Source: a virus
Taxonomy: Duplodnaviria > Caudoviricetes
DNA: 64,000 nucleotides
Strand: one strand, 5' to 3'
IMG/VR virus record: IMGVR_UViG_2513237176_000002
The position numbers and the translations under genes were made by a program. The notes below the pieces were generated by a model, which worked only from the letters and a program-made list of their open reading frames with translations, was not told the DNA's origin and searched no databases. This document shows, piece by piece, positions 20,737 through 32,338 of this stretch (position 1 is its first letter; the number at the start of each line of letters is the position of its first letter).

Positions 20737-21030
20737 TCATCGGGCCACCTCCTGCACGTTCAGTTCGAACACGTAGTCCGGGTTCCACATCAGGAAGCCC
20801 GAGACACGCAGCACGCCATCGCTGGCCAGCAGGTGCTCGTGCTGCTCGTACTCGTCGTAGATGTTGAGGCTGATACTCCCGGTGCTGTCGGTCAGCACCG
20901 CGGTCGCCCACTTCGTGCCGTGGTCGGTCTCTTTTGGTTCGATGCGTGACACGATGCCCGTAGTGGACACCGTGTCTCCGTGGCGGCCACGAGCCAGGTC
21001 GGCGATGGAGTGGTCAACGTAGGTATTCAT
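20737..21030 (-). CDS. Stand-alone OB-fold protein resembling the DnaE OB domain
   Basis: V...GIV......T..G..WA...LTD.TGSI.L.IY..Y....LL....L.VSG. Confidence 0.7.
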   Translation of the reverse strand: MNTYVDHSIADLARGRHGDTVSTTGIVSRIEPKETDHGTKWATAVLTDSTGSISLNIYDEYEQHEHLLASDGVLRVSGFLMWNPDYVFELNVQEVAR

Positions 21031-22955
21031 CGGTCGTTCTCCTCGTTCAGGGCGCGGCTGGCGCGCTGGTGGATGGTGTTGAGAGCGTCAGCGGGGGAGC
21101 CGGCGCCCCGGAAGGCGAGGTCCCGGATCGCGGCGAGTTCGGCTTCCGCCCGGTCCGCGCGTTCACGGTGTTTTTCCAGAGCCCGCACCGTGGCGTCGTA
21201 GGCGTCCTGCGTCGGCACGCACTCGTGAGGGCTGTAGTCGGGGACCCAGGTCATTTCCACGCTCACCCCTCCTCGTCGATGTAGGCCAGCCGCGCCACCC
21301 GGTAGGTGTCGCGAGTCCGGCCGTAGACATGGTTGGCGTTGTACTGAAGCTCGGCCGCGTGCTCAGTGGCAGCGGTCAGGTCGCTGTCGGGGTGGATGTC
21401 GTGCACTTGCTCCTCGACGGTGCGGCCGGTGTCACGGCGGTGCACGATCACGTACTGGGTGGTCATCAGGTCTCCTCGTCGATGGGCTCGTTGCAGGCGC
21501 ACACGAACTCGCCGGGCTCAAGGTCAGGCGCGTCCCACGACTTCAGCCCGCAGGTGCCGCACGGCGCCGCAGTGACGGGCTCGCAGTCGAGGCAGTCGAC
21601 TGCGGCAGATGTGGGGTGCAGGTGGCAGCACGCCAGGATCTCCAGGGACCCGGCGGCCACACCGATCTCGGCGGCAGCGGCGGCCAGCAGCCCGGAACGG
21701 CCCTGGTCGCTCTGGTAGTCGGCGCCAGCGGGGACCAGGGCCACCAGCTGCCCGTCGGGGGTGAACACGCCGAGCGGCATGTGCCCGGAAGCGTCCTGGC
21801 GGCGCAGACTCTCGCTGCTCACGACGGTTCCTCGCCGAGCGCCGGCTGGGTGAAGATGCCCGGCCCGGACAGTCGGCCGTCCTTGTACTCGACGATGCGG
21901 CCGGTTGCCTTCAACTCGTCGAGGACGGTGCGCAACGTCGCCGAACCCGACAGGACGTGGAACCGCTCAGCAAGGTCGTCGACCGTGCGGCAGCCCAGGT
22001 CGTCGCGGATCGCGGCGTACACGGCCTCGCGGGTGATGTCGAGGGCGCTCACGACGCCGTCTCAGGCCCGGTGCAGGTGACCCGCTCAGGGTCTGAGGTC
22101 ATCCAGTCGCCGTGCGGCAGACGGTCCGGGTCCCGGCCGCAGCACGGCACGGGTCCTTCCAGGCCGGGCATGGCATGCCGGGCGCCGTCCGGGATCGGAT
22201 CCGACCAGTCGTCCTGGTCGAGGGCGTAGGCCTCGTCGAACTCTTCCTGGGTCGTCATCACGCGTCCTTCCCGCACGAGCAGTCGGTGTCCTTGCTGATC
22301 CCGGACGCCTCCACGAACGCCCGGTCGTAGATGCCGGACGCGCACCACTTGTCGTGGCCGGCGTTGATGAGGCGGCGCTGGGACTCGGCGAGCATGTCCA
22401 TCGCATGGTTGTAGGAGGCGTCATCGCCGCCGTTCGCCTCGCCCTGGGCGGCGCGGCGGATCGCGGTGACGGTCTCGGCGTACAGGTCGTCGTCGGTCAG
22501 GGCGGTCATCGGATCCACGCGATCGTCACGCTCGTGATGTCGGCGATCGGGGCGCTGCTCTCGCCGTTGTCGGTGGTGATGACGAAGGGCGCGCCGGGGG
22601 TGTGGATGCCCTCGTCGAGACGGACCAGCAGGTCAGCGATGCTGTCCTTGCCGTGGAACGCCTCCCACGCCGTCATCGTGAGGCGCGCGGACCGGTTGCT
22701 GCTGGCGGTCAGGTCAATGGTGATCGGCATGGATGCTCCTTGATCAGAAAGTGGTGGGGAGTCGGCCGGGGCCGCGCACCTCACGTGCGGCAGCCTCGGC
22801 CTGGTCATCGCCGACAGCAGCGGCGAGTTCCGCAACCGCATCGGCCACATACCGGCCGACCAGGTCCCGCAGCGACGGGTGGGGGATCAGCACCCACGGG
22901 CCGTTCTCGACGAGGCCCTCGGCGGTTTCGGTGAACTCGGACAGGTCGGCTGCGG

Positions 22956-23386
22956 TCACCGGTCGACCTCGATCCCGACGGCACGGGCGATGGTCTGCTC
23001 CAGCCCGTCGGCGAAGTAGTGGCCGACGGGCTCATCGGACGGACCGACCCGGATCGGCCGCATCTGCTCGCACACGTCGAGAACGGCAAGCACGGCAGCG
23101 GTTGCGCCAGGGCCAGGCCAGTGGCCGGGCGGCGTCAGATGGTGGCGGATCCGCTCGGCGAGGAGCTGGCTCACCGGTCGACCTCGATCCCGAGGGCGCG
23201 GGCAATCGTCTGCTCGAACTCGTCGGCGAAACGCTCGTTCATGTCGCGACGCAGGGCGGGCTCGGCACGCAGCTGCTCGCACTTGTCGACGACCGCGAGG
23301 ACGGCGGCACGGGTCTCATCGGCGGTCTCGGCAGGGGAGACGTTGTCGAGGTACGTGCGGATCTCCTCCGCAAACGAGTCGCTCAC
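22956..23386 (-). repeat. Tandem paralogous gene pair (22956-23174, 23171-23386)
   Basis: Both contain AAVLAV.D.CEQ.R and end EQTIARA.GIEVDR; DNA repeat TCACCGGTCGACCTCGATCCCGA at 22956 and 23171. Confidence 0.8.
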
Positions 23387-23645
23387 CGGAACTCCGCCAG
23401 CTTCTCGCCGAGCGCGTACACGGCGGTCGCGTACTGGATGTGGTTGTGCAGCGTCAGCGGATCGCCGTCGGAATCAGCCAGGTTGAACCAGACATGGCCT
23501 CCGGGTTCGCTCCGGTAACAGGCGTACGCAAGGCCGTCATCCCGCTTGATGACTCTCGCCGTGTCGCCGTTCTCTACGACAAGCACAGTGCCGTTCGGCG
23601 GCTCGTTCGCGGTGAGGACGGCGGTGGTCTGCTCGCTGTGGGGCA

Positions 23646-24239
23646 TCAGATCTCCTCTGCGATGCGACGGGCGTTGTCCATGTCGGCGTCCGACTGCGGA
23701 GTGCCGCCGCCGTTGACCAGCAGGTAGATCTCGGCTTCCTCGCGCAGTGATACGGCCATTGCCTCGCCGACCGGCAGGAGGATGCGTTCACCGGTTGCAC
23801 GCCGCCCGTAGTCGTTGAGCCCTGTGGACCGCACGTAGGGGCCGTCCGAGGTGTCTTCGGTGTGGTCGATGCACTCGGGTTCGATCCACGACGCCGGGAT
23901 GGCGAGTTCGCCGTCGAACCAGGCCTTCAGGCAGAGCAGGCGTTGCTTGCCGTCCACGACCGCGTAGGAGGGGGCGTTGCCGCTGTGACGGTCGTAGGTG
24001 GCAGTGTCGGTCCAGTGCTGCCCGTGCCGGTCGTTGACGATGAGCGTCGGAACGGGAACGCCGGACAGTAGCGACCGCATGAGGGCGACTTGCTGATCCT
24101 CGGTCCAGACGGCACCGCGCTGGTAGGGCGGGTTGATGTCGAGGTCGCCGTCTTCGATCTGCTTCACGAGCCACCGGGCCTGCCGGTTGGACGTCGACAG
24201 CGGCAGCCGGGCGAGGACTTCGGAGGTTTGGCGCGTCAC
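23646..24239 (-). CDS. Stand-alone DUF262 (ParB/Srx-fold) protein
   Basis: PPYQRGAVW...LM.SLL.G.P.P...VVDGKQRL. Confidence 0.85.
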   Translation of the reverse strand: MTRQTSEVLARLPLSTSNRQARWLVKQIEDGDLDINPPYQRGAVWTEDQQVALMRSLLSGVPVPTLIVNDRHGQHWTDTATYDRHSGNAPSYAVVDGKQRLLCLKAWFDGELAIPASWIEPECIDHTEDTSDGPYVRSTGLNDYGRRATGERILLPVGEAMAVSLREEAEIYLLVNGGGTPQSDADMDNARRIAEEI

Positions 24240-24272
24240 GGGTGACTCCCTGATCAGGGCCGAAGAAATGAT

Positions 24273-24353
24273 GTTGCGCTATGGCGATGCGCAACGCTGT
24301 TCGTTCCACCGTATCCGACACTCTGTTAATGCGCAATGCCGTTGCGCTATGGT
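24273..24353. promoter_or_regulatory. Divergent promoter with repeated TTGCGC operators
   Basis: GTTGCGCTATGG at 24273 and 24341; ATGCGCAA at 24287 and 24329; GTTGCGC..GCGCAAC inverted repeat 24273-24295. Confidence 0.7.
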
Positions 24354-24359
24354 GTGCAT

Positions 24360-24608
24360 ATGACAGGCGACGTGCGAGAACAACTAGCCGCGAACGCTGC
24401 ACGACGCGCCGAAATCGCCGCCGCCGCCTCAGCCAATGAACAAGAAGAACGCGACCTCATCGTGCGGGCCTGGCGGGAAAACGTGCCCCCCGGCGAGATC
24501 GCAACCCTCGTGGGTCGATCCGGTGCCCACGTCCGCAAATTCCGGCCCGACGACGTACCGCCCGCAAAACTCGGCGGGAACGCTGCGACCAAGAAACGTC
24601 GCAAGTAG
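24360..24608 (+). CDS. Small HTH regulator
   Basis: PPGEIATLVGRSGAHVRKF; TATGGT-N6-ATG leaderless start; hairpin at 24622-24652 follows. Confidence 0.75.
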   Translation: MTGDVREQLAANAARRAEIAAAASANEQEERDLIVRAWRENVPPGEIATLVGRSGAHVRKFRPDDVPPAKLGGNAATKKRRK

Positions 24609-24656
24609 CCAGACACGAAGACACCCCGCCGGCCGAGTATCCGAGCGGGGTGCCTG

Positions 24657-27600
24657 TTCAGTGCCGTTGGTCCACGTGGATGACAGTGGCCTGGACGGTG
24701 TCTTCGAACTGCCCGCGGTCGGAGATGACCTCACCGCACGGGCACTCACCCTGCACGTAGTCCTCGTTGTCGCCGACCACCACGATCGGCACCACCGTGG
24801 CCTCGTCATCCGACACCACCAGCACGCGGGCCATCAGACCGCCGCCAGCCGTGACGCCCGCGTGTCCAGCACATCGTCATGCCGGGCGATCTGCTCACCG
24901 TCCCGGTAGACGGTCACCCCGCCCGGCCACAGGCAGTACGTGACGTGCTCGTAGCGGGTGACGGTGTCGTCGTAGTGGTGGACTTCCAGGGCGTCGGCGA
25001 ACGTGGCAGCCATCAGCCGGCCCGCCGATCGTCGCGCTTACACTCGGACTCGCCGAGCAGGCCCTTCAGCGTCTCAGCGGGGATCTCGCACTCTGGCTGA
25101 CGCCACCGTCGCTTACGCTGGTTCACGATTCCTCCTCAGGGATCAGGGGCGGGCTCGGCTTTCCACGGCTGCGAGCCCGCCGCTCTGTTTGTTAGCGCCC
25201 GTACGCGTCGGGGTCGTCGTCGCGGGCTTCCTCGTCATGCTCGACACACCAGCGGTAGAACGAGGCGGGTGACGACGGCTCACCGCATCGCACGATCCGC
25301 GGATGCATGCCCAAATCGGTTTCCCGGTCGCAGCGGCCCGACGACGCGTACTCCCACTCCTCATCGGAGTAGCGGTCACGGGACAGCAGCGGCTGCAGGT
25401 CGGTCACCTCATGCACCGCCCGGCCCGGCGTACGGGTTACGGCCGGCCCGGAACTCGGCGGCATCGGCACGCAGCGACTCCGGCGTGAACGTCGTGAACG
25501 CCCGCACCAGCCGCGACCGCTCCATCCGGTCGGCGTGCGAGTCCAGAAGCTTCGCCATCCGATAGCACGCGGCCTGCTCGTCGCCGGTCGGCACGTCGCT
25601 GATCCGGTACTGCAGGTCGCAGAGTTCCGCCCACTCGTCGGACGACGCCGACCACTCCCGCAGCTGCTCGACCGCCTGCACGATCTTCCTGGCGGGCCAC
25701 GGGCCGCGCGGATCGTCGGCGGTGAAGACCTGCCGCCATGCGCCCGTCACGACGTCACCTCCGGCCGCCACTGGGTGACCTCGGCGACGGTGATGACCGG
25801 CTCCGTGTACTCCCGGTTGATGCGGTCGCAGATCTGCTCGTCCGACCAGTCCGGGTGATTCGCGGCGAACTCCTCCACGATCGTCTTGCCGACCGGGTCA
25901 CGGCCCACGATGCCGCTCACGCGGTCACCTCCGCCATCCGCACCGTCCAGCCAGTCCTGCGTTCCGTGTCGGCGCAGCCCAAACCTTCCGGGGACTCGAT
26001 CAGGTCCAGGTCGGTGGACGACAGCAGCAGCTGCGGCCGGCGTCCCGAAGGCTCGGGCACGTGCGCGGTCGTCACCAGAACCGGGCGGCCGTCCGAGTCG
26101 ATGATCTGCAGGGCGGCGCCGTGGCGGATCTGCGCCAGGTCGGCGGCGGTCAGGGTCAGAGTTCGGGCGTTCACGACAGCGCCTCGATCCGGTCGACCTG
26201 GGCGGCGCCGATCAGTGTTGACGGCATTGGCTCGGCGAGCCCGGCGATGCGTTGCGGGATGCTGAGTTCCAGGTCGACGCCGGCCGTGACATCGGCGGTG
26301 GCACGGCCGATGTCGTACTCGTTGGTGTCGACGTGGCTGCCGTCGACCAAATGGATGCGGATCATGCGGTCTTCCTTTCGCCGGGGGTGTGACCGGCCAC
26401 CAAGACCACGAGCACCGGGGAAGCCGCCCTCCGGGAAGGGTTCGGATGCTCGTGGCCGTGGGAGCCGGTCACACCGCGGCCGGCTGGTAGGCGTCAGCGA
26501 CGGTGTCCAGGCACCAGCGCATCCGCTGGGCGGCCTGCTCGTGGTGTTCGCCGTACTCCTGAGCGAGCAGATCGGCGCAACCATCCACGCCGTGCCGCAG
26601 GATCGCCGTCATCACTTCGACCTGCACCTCACGGGCGGACGGGTGATCCGACGGCTGCAGGTCGGAGACGAACAGAGCCTCGGCGTGCATCACGTCCCAG
26701 GTGACGGTCATGACCGCACCTCCGCCAGGATCACCGCAGCGTCGTCGGCGGCGGTCAGGCAGTCGTCGCATTCCAGCTGCCCCGTCTTGGCGTTGAACGA
26801 CATCAGGCCGCCGCACGGGCAGATCGCGTGTTCGTCGTCGGGGAACTCCGACACCGGAATCAGGTCGAGGTCTGCCATTACGCGGTCCTCCGCTCATGCC
26901 AGGCCGTCCGCAGCGCCCGAGCCAGGCCGGCGATGTTCTTCTGCGACGGCGCGAACGGCAGCCGATCGAGGATGTTCCGCACCTCGGCGTCGGGCACCAA
27001 AGTGGCCAGCTCGGTGAGCAGGTCTTGGCGGGCGTACACGTCCGGGGTGGCTGCCATGCGGTCCAGGACGGGGCCGAGCAGCGGCTCCCACCGAGTTGCG
27101 GTGCAGTGGCGCCGTGACAGGTGTCCGGTGGCCACGAACTCGGCGTCCGCGATCAGCCGCACAATTTCGGCGACGTCGGTGTCGAGCCGGGCACATTCGC
27201 TGCCAGGCTCCGCGGCCGACTCGTCGTACAGGTCAGCGAGGTGCAGCAGGTGTGAGGCGCGGGCGGCGTCTTCCAGGTGGGGCAGATGCTCGCGGGCGTC
27301 CGTGATCTGACGGTCGAGGTCCATCACCGCACCCCCTGCGCGTACCGGCCCATCGGGTGACCCTCAACCCAGGCGGGAACCTCATCGCGCCAGGCTTTCT
27401 CGTACGCGGCGGCCCGCGACGTGTCCCACGGGTTACCGGTCGATCGGTGCAGCAGCCGGGCCACCAGCGCGGTCAGGGCGGTCATGACGTCACCGTCTGA
27501 CGGTTGCGGCGCCGCACGATCACGTCCGGGTCCCCGTCACGGTCCTCGCCGTTCCACACCCAGATCTCGTGGACCGGTTTCGGATGCGGCAGCGCGGCGA

Positions 27601-30213
27601 ACGCCCGAGCGAAATCATCAGCGCTGGCGAACCGGCCGGTGAAGTCACAGCCGACCGTCGCGGCCGTGCCGTCGTGGATCAGCTTGTACGCGTACGCGAT
27701 CATCACGCCACCTGCCGTACGACAGCGTCCGGGGCACGGTCGGTGTCACGGCCCTCCCACACGAAGATCTCGTCGGTGGGCTGGTTCGGTTCCAGCCGGA
27801 ACAGTTCCTCACCGAACCGCTCGGCAGTCACCCCGGAGTCGAACTCGCCGCGATGCCACTCCTCGCCGAGGAACCGGTAGGCGAACGTTTTGACGCTCAC
27901 GGCGTCACCTCTACGTCGAAAGCGGTGATCGCTTCGAAAGAAACCCGGGTCCGGCCCTGGTCGGCGTTGAACTCGATGTCCCCGTGGCGGCGACCCGACA
28001 CCCACTCGTCGCGTTTGCGGGTGAAGAACTCGGCGAGCTGCTCACCGACGCCGCCGGTCAGCGTGGTCTCGGTGCTGTCGTGCACGATCCGAGCAACGAT
28101 CTGCATGGTCAGTCCCTCCGTTCGGTGGTGCGGTGCCGGTAGATACCAAGCGACTGCCGGATGGCTTCGTCGTCGGCGACCTTTCGCGACGGCCGGCTGC
28201 GGCGGGCCTGACCGTTTAAGCCGGCGACCATCGCCTCGAACTCGAAGTCGTCGAAGCCGCCGGTCGGCGGGGCGAGCGTGGGCGTGGACATCACAGGCAC
28301 TCCTCGTCAAGGTCGTTACGGGGTTCGTAGGTGGCGACACCAACCGCGATCCGGGTATCGACCGTCAGCACGGCGGTCAGGTCGTCGGGTGTGTCGTCGT
28401 CGTGGACGTCCAGCCACAGGTCCAGCAGGACGTCATCGGTGGCGACAGCGGGGGAGGTCATCGCAGTGCCTGCCGGCCCCGGTCGGTGGCCTCGACCGGC
28501 CCGTCCTTGCCGGGCATCCCGCCCGCCAGGTAGCCGTTACGCATGAGCGCGCCGATCCGGATCCGGGTGTCCTCGTCGACCGGACGGCCGCGCAGCAGGA
28601 ACATCGACTCGGCGGGCACCAAGTGCCCGTAGGCCAGGCCACCTGCGTCGGCGGCCTCGATCAGCATCAGATCGAAAATGCAGAGCATGGTCATCGGATG
28701 GCCTCATCGAGGTGCAGGATCACGCTGCCGTAGCGGCGGTCCCAGGTGGCGTGCAAACCGTTCGTGGTGAACGCGTCGACCAGCAGATCGGCGAGGTCGG
28801 GGTGCCGGTGGTTGAACGCGAAGTACACGACGTCCACGGGGCGCCGGGTTTCGCGGTGCAGGAACACGTGCTCGTCGTCGGACACCACACCGCCGAGCTC
28901 GTCGGAGCCGGGGCAGGCACCCACCCAGCGCGGGTTACCGGCGGCGTGCTTGAGGTGCGAGTTCAGGTCGTCTTCGCCGACGATGCTGGAACCGGACCGG
29001 TCCACGTTGACGGCGATACCGGCCTGTCGCAGGGAGTCGACGGCGGTCGTGAACCGCTTCGCGTTGGTGGTCATCAGACGTCACCGCTCGCGGCGCGAAT
29101 TTCCTCGAGCACCTTGCGGCGCTCGTCTTCGCGGGCGTTCACGATCTCTGCGGCCCGCTGCCGGGCGGCCTCGTCCAGCCACCGCTGCCGGGCCTGCTCG
29201 TTGTAGGCGTCGATCTGCTCGGCGAGGCTGTCATCACCGGCGTCGACCCCGAGCTTGTCTCGGAGAACAGCGATGTCGGCGGGGTCAGCGCCGGCGCGGG
29301 TCAGGATCCGCAGCCGGACCTGGTGCCGGTAGTTGATGCGCCACCGCGCCTGGTCGGGATCTGTGACGAACACGGTGGCGTACCCGCCGCCGCTGGGGGT
29401 GTGGGTGGTGCTGTAGCCGAGTGCTGCGGCCAGGTCGTCGAGTTCGTTGCCGGGGTGGTAGTCGAAACCGTCGGTGGCGATCAGGTATGCGGCACCGGTG
29501 GCGGCGTGGATGCGGCCGAGAAGGGCACCGAGGTCGGTGTTCACGACGCCACCTCGATGCCGTAGTGGGCGAGCATCAGGTCCACGTCTCGGGCCGTCCG
29601 GTCGTCGAGCTCGTCGACCTCGATCGCCGCCAGCTGGTCGAACGCCGTCTGGTCACGGACGGAACCGTCCGGGTTGAGGGCGTCGATGACGAGGGCGTGG
29701 ACCGGGCCGATCGACCTGAGAAGCTGCTCCGCCTCGGCGGGGCTCAGTTCGTAGTCGGCGGGAGCGCGGAGTTGTGCGGTGTGCACGGGATGCCTCCTGG
29801 GAGGTATTCCGGCCGGGGCAGGGGAACCGATCGCGCCTGCTTGCCCGGCCGGGAGCTTCGGAAAGGTGCCGCAGTCAGCGGCGGGCAAGCGCAAAAAGCG
29901 CGGCGCGAACAACAGCCAGACCGTGGCGGAGAGCCGCAGCCGGCGAGAGAGTGACCGAACGCTGGGCGAGTCCGCCCTGCCGGTGGTCGGTGTACGTGAT
30001 GTCGACGAGGGTTCCCTCGGACGTGCCATCCGCGGCGTCGTGACGAACCACGTCGACACCGATGAACTCGTCGGGGCCGCCCTCGGCGGACAGGACCCCG
30101 AGGTGGAACCGTTCGCCGTTGTCGGCGGCGGCGCAGTACAGGCCGCCACACCACGGATGGATGCAGGGGGTCGACGGAGGTGCGGTCACTACGACGTCGT
30201 TACCATGCGACAT
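24657..30213 (-). other. Leftward early operon of about 20 small hypothetical genes
   Basis: Chained overlaps; includes 26469-26711, 26894-27327, 27482-27706, 27703-27900, 28691-29074, 29074-29544, 29875-30213. Confidence 0.65.
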
Positions 30214-30505
30214 GGAGACGCCTTCCTTCTCTTAGCGGTGGAGTGGGTGCTCCGTAGGCCCCTGGGCTGGCGTTGCAGTCGCCGTTGCCTGGGGGCCGCC
30301 TTATTGGTTCCGTTGCTCCCCTGCGCTGGGCGTTTAGACCCTTGCGCTTCGGCTTGTTTAGGGGGCTAACTCAGCACATCACAGCCCCTTGGCGGCGTCA
30401 AGGATTCTGGCCAATATCGTTTAGTGGGGTATCGCGCCTAGCGTTTGTAGGTATAAACGTGACTACACTGAGCCCGCCCCTTACACGGACGGAGACACCC
30501 GGCGC
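30214..30505. promoter_or_regulatory. Main divergent control (immunity-like) region
   Basis: AT-richer gap; GTTTAG at 30332, 30356, 30419; TTAG-GGGG-CTAA 30358-30369; CGTTT-N8-AAACG 30442-30459; TACACT -10 at 30464. Confidence 0.65.
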
Positions 30506-31345
30506 ATGGAAGACCCCGGCACCCTCGCCAACATCGAAGACCCGCGCCAGCGGGCCACAGCCGCCCACGCCCTCATCGAGGACTACCAGGCGGCCATCGG
30601 CGAACTGTCACGCATGCGCCGAGACGCCCTCGAAGAACTCCTCGCCGGCGACATGACCCAAACCCAGCTCGCCGACATGCTCGGCGTCACCCGCGGGCGT
30701 GTCTCCCAGCTCCTGTCCGCCGGCACACGCGCCGAACGGGCATTCCTCGGCACGGGCAGCGTCACCATCGCCCTCGGCGGCAAGCATGAGGCAGGGAAAG
30801 ACAAGCCCGGCGCCGTGGTGTCCGCCGAAGCGATGGCCGCCTACGAGCGGTTGGCGGAGCTTGCCCGCACTCTCGGCCTCAAAGCCGACTACGAAGTAGT
30901 GCCGCCGCCTGGGTTCGTCAAACTGAACCGGCCCAACCTGATCGTCGCCTGCGGACCCCGGCTGTCGCCGCTCGTACAGCAGCTCCTCGAGTCCGACAAC
31001 AACATTCAGTTCGCCAAAGATGCGGACGGGTGGCACCTCGTCGAACTACAGACTCGGACCGTGCATCGCTCGCCGAGCGACGGCGGCCGCAACGCTGACA
31101 TCGCCTACATCGGCCGGCTTCCCCGACCCGACGGCAAAGGCACGTTCCTCTACATGGCAGGCATCCACGCCATCGGCACAGCGGGCGCCGCGCACTTCAT
31201 CGAACACAACCTTGCTGACCTGCACAAGGAAACCAAGGGCCGCCGCTTCTCCATGGTCATCCGCTGCGAGTTCGATCCCGAGACACGACAAATCACTGGC
31301 AGCGAACGCCTGTCCCCGATCTACCGGCAAGACGGTGCGGCATAG
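30506..31345 (+). CDS. Putative repressor: N-terminal HTH plus alpha/beta C-terminal domain
   Basis: TQTQLADMLGVTRGRVSQLL; C-terminal NLIVACGP...YMAGIHAIGTAGAA. Confidence 0.7.
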   Translation: MEDPGTLANIEDPRQRATAAHALIEDYQAAIGELSRMRRDALEELLAGDMTQTQLADMLGVTRGRVSQLLSAGTRAERAFLGTGSVTIALGGKHEAGKDKPGAVVSAEAMAAYERLAELARTLGLKADYEVVPPPGFVKLNRPNLIVACGPRLSPLVQQLLESDNNIQFAKDADGWHLVELQTRTVHRSPSDGGRNADIAYIGRLPRPDGKGTFLYMAGIHAIGTAGAAHFIEHNLADLHKETKGRRFSMVIRCEFDPETRQITGSERLSPIYRQDGAA

Positions 31346-31396
31346 TGAAACCAGCCGTGCCGGCGCCACCAAACCGGGACGCCTCGTTGAAGAAGC

Positions 31397-32233
31397 GTGA
31401 GGACGACTGACGTGCGCGCAATGCTCGCCACCGAGCCCGGCAACCCCGACAAGCCCAACGAAGACTGGGCGCTCGTCTCACCGGGCCTTGCTGTCGTCCT
31501 CGACGGCGCCACCGCCCGCACCGACACCGGCTGCGTTCACGGTGTCGCCTGGTTCGCGCACCAGCTCGGCGCCGCCATCGTCGCCAATGCAGCCGTCCGC
31601 GCCGCGAACCTCGCCGGATGCCTCGCGTCCGCCATAGACCGTGTTGCCAGCCTGCATCCGCAATGCGACCTCAACCATCCCGGCACACCGTCCGCCGCTG
31701 TCGGCATCATCCGCATCCACGGCAACGAACTCGAATACCTCGTCCTCAGTGACATCTCCATCTGCCTCGCCACGCGCGAAGGCGGGCGGCAGGTCATCAC
31801 CGACAGCCGGGTCAGCGCCACCGCCCGCCGCGTACGAACCGAACTCGCGAACCTTGCCATCGGCAGCGACGAGCAAGCCGAAGCGCTGCTGCGCATGAAA
31901 CGGGCCGAACTCGCCGCCCGGAACCGGCCCGGCGGCTACTGGGTGGCAGCCAACGACCCGACCGCGGCAGAGCATGCCATCACCGGCGCGGTGCCGCTAC
32001 GCACCATCGAAGACCTCGTCGTCCTGACCGACGGCGCCGCCCGGATCGTCGATCCGTTTGGGCTGATGAACTGGAACGAGTTCGTTGAATCGCTGCGCGA
32101 CCAAGGGCCAACGGAACTCCTCCGGAGAGTCCGCGAAGCCGAGGCCAAAGACCCCGACGGGCAGCGTTGGCCGCGCAACAAACGCAGCGACGACGCCACC
32201 ATCCTGCACCTCAGCGACATTCCCCGCGGGTAA
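31397..32233 (+). CDS. PP2C-like phosphatase-domain protein
   Basis: NED, VLDGA, LSD, LTDGA and SDDAT metal-binding motifs. Confidence 0.85.
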   Translation: MRTTDVRAMLATEPGNPDKPNEDWALVSPGLAVVLDGATARTDTGCVHGVAWFAHQLGAAIVANAAVRAANLAGCLASAIDRVASLHPQCDLNHPGTPSAAVGIIRIHGNELEYLVLSDISICLATREGGRQVITDSRVSATARRVRTELANLAIGSDEQAEALLRMKRAELAARNRPGGYWVAANDPTAAEHAITGAVPLRTIEDLVVLTDGAARIVDPFGLMNWNEFVESLRDQGPTELLRRVREAEAKDPDGQRWPRNKRSDDATILHLSDIPRG

Positions 32234-32338
32234 GGGCAGCGTTACCGCCGCTCACAATGCCCTGGTGCGGGATCCCTAGCAATCATGCGATCCTAGACTC
32301 CGGGCTTGACACCGGGCCCGATGAGACCAGGGACCCGC

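Larger units (their letters stand above)
18342..23646 (-). other. Leftward run of about 20 small hypothetical phage genes
   Basis: Chained start/stop overlaps, GGAGG RBSs, high GC3; several wHTH-like and Zn-ribbon-like members. Confidence 0.65.

Noticed and set aside
16395-21030. Complete imuA-imuB-dnaE2 mutasome
   Set aside because: No Y-family or polymerase catalytic domains; only ImuA' and a lone OB fold
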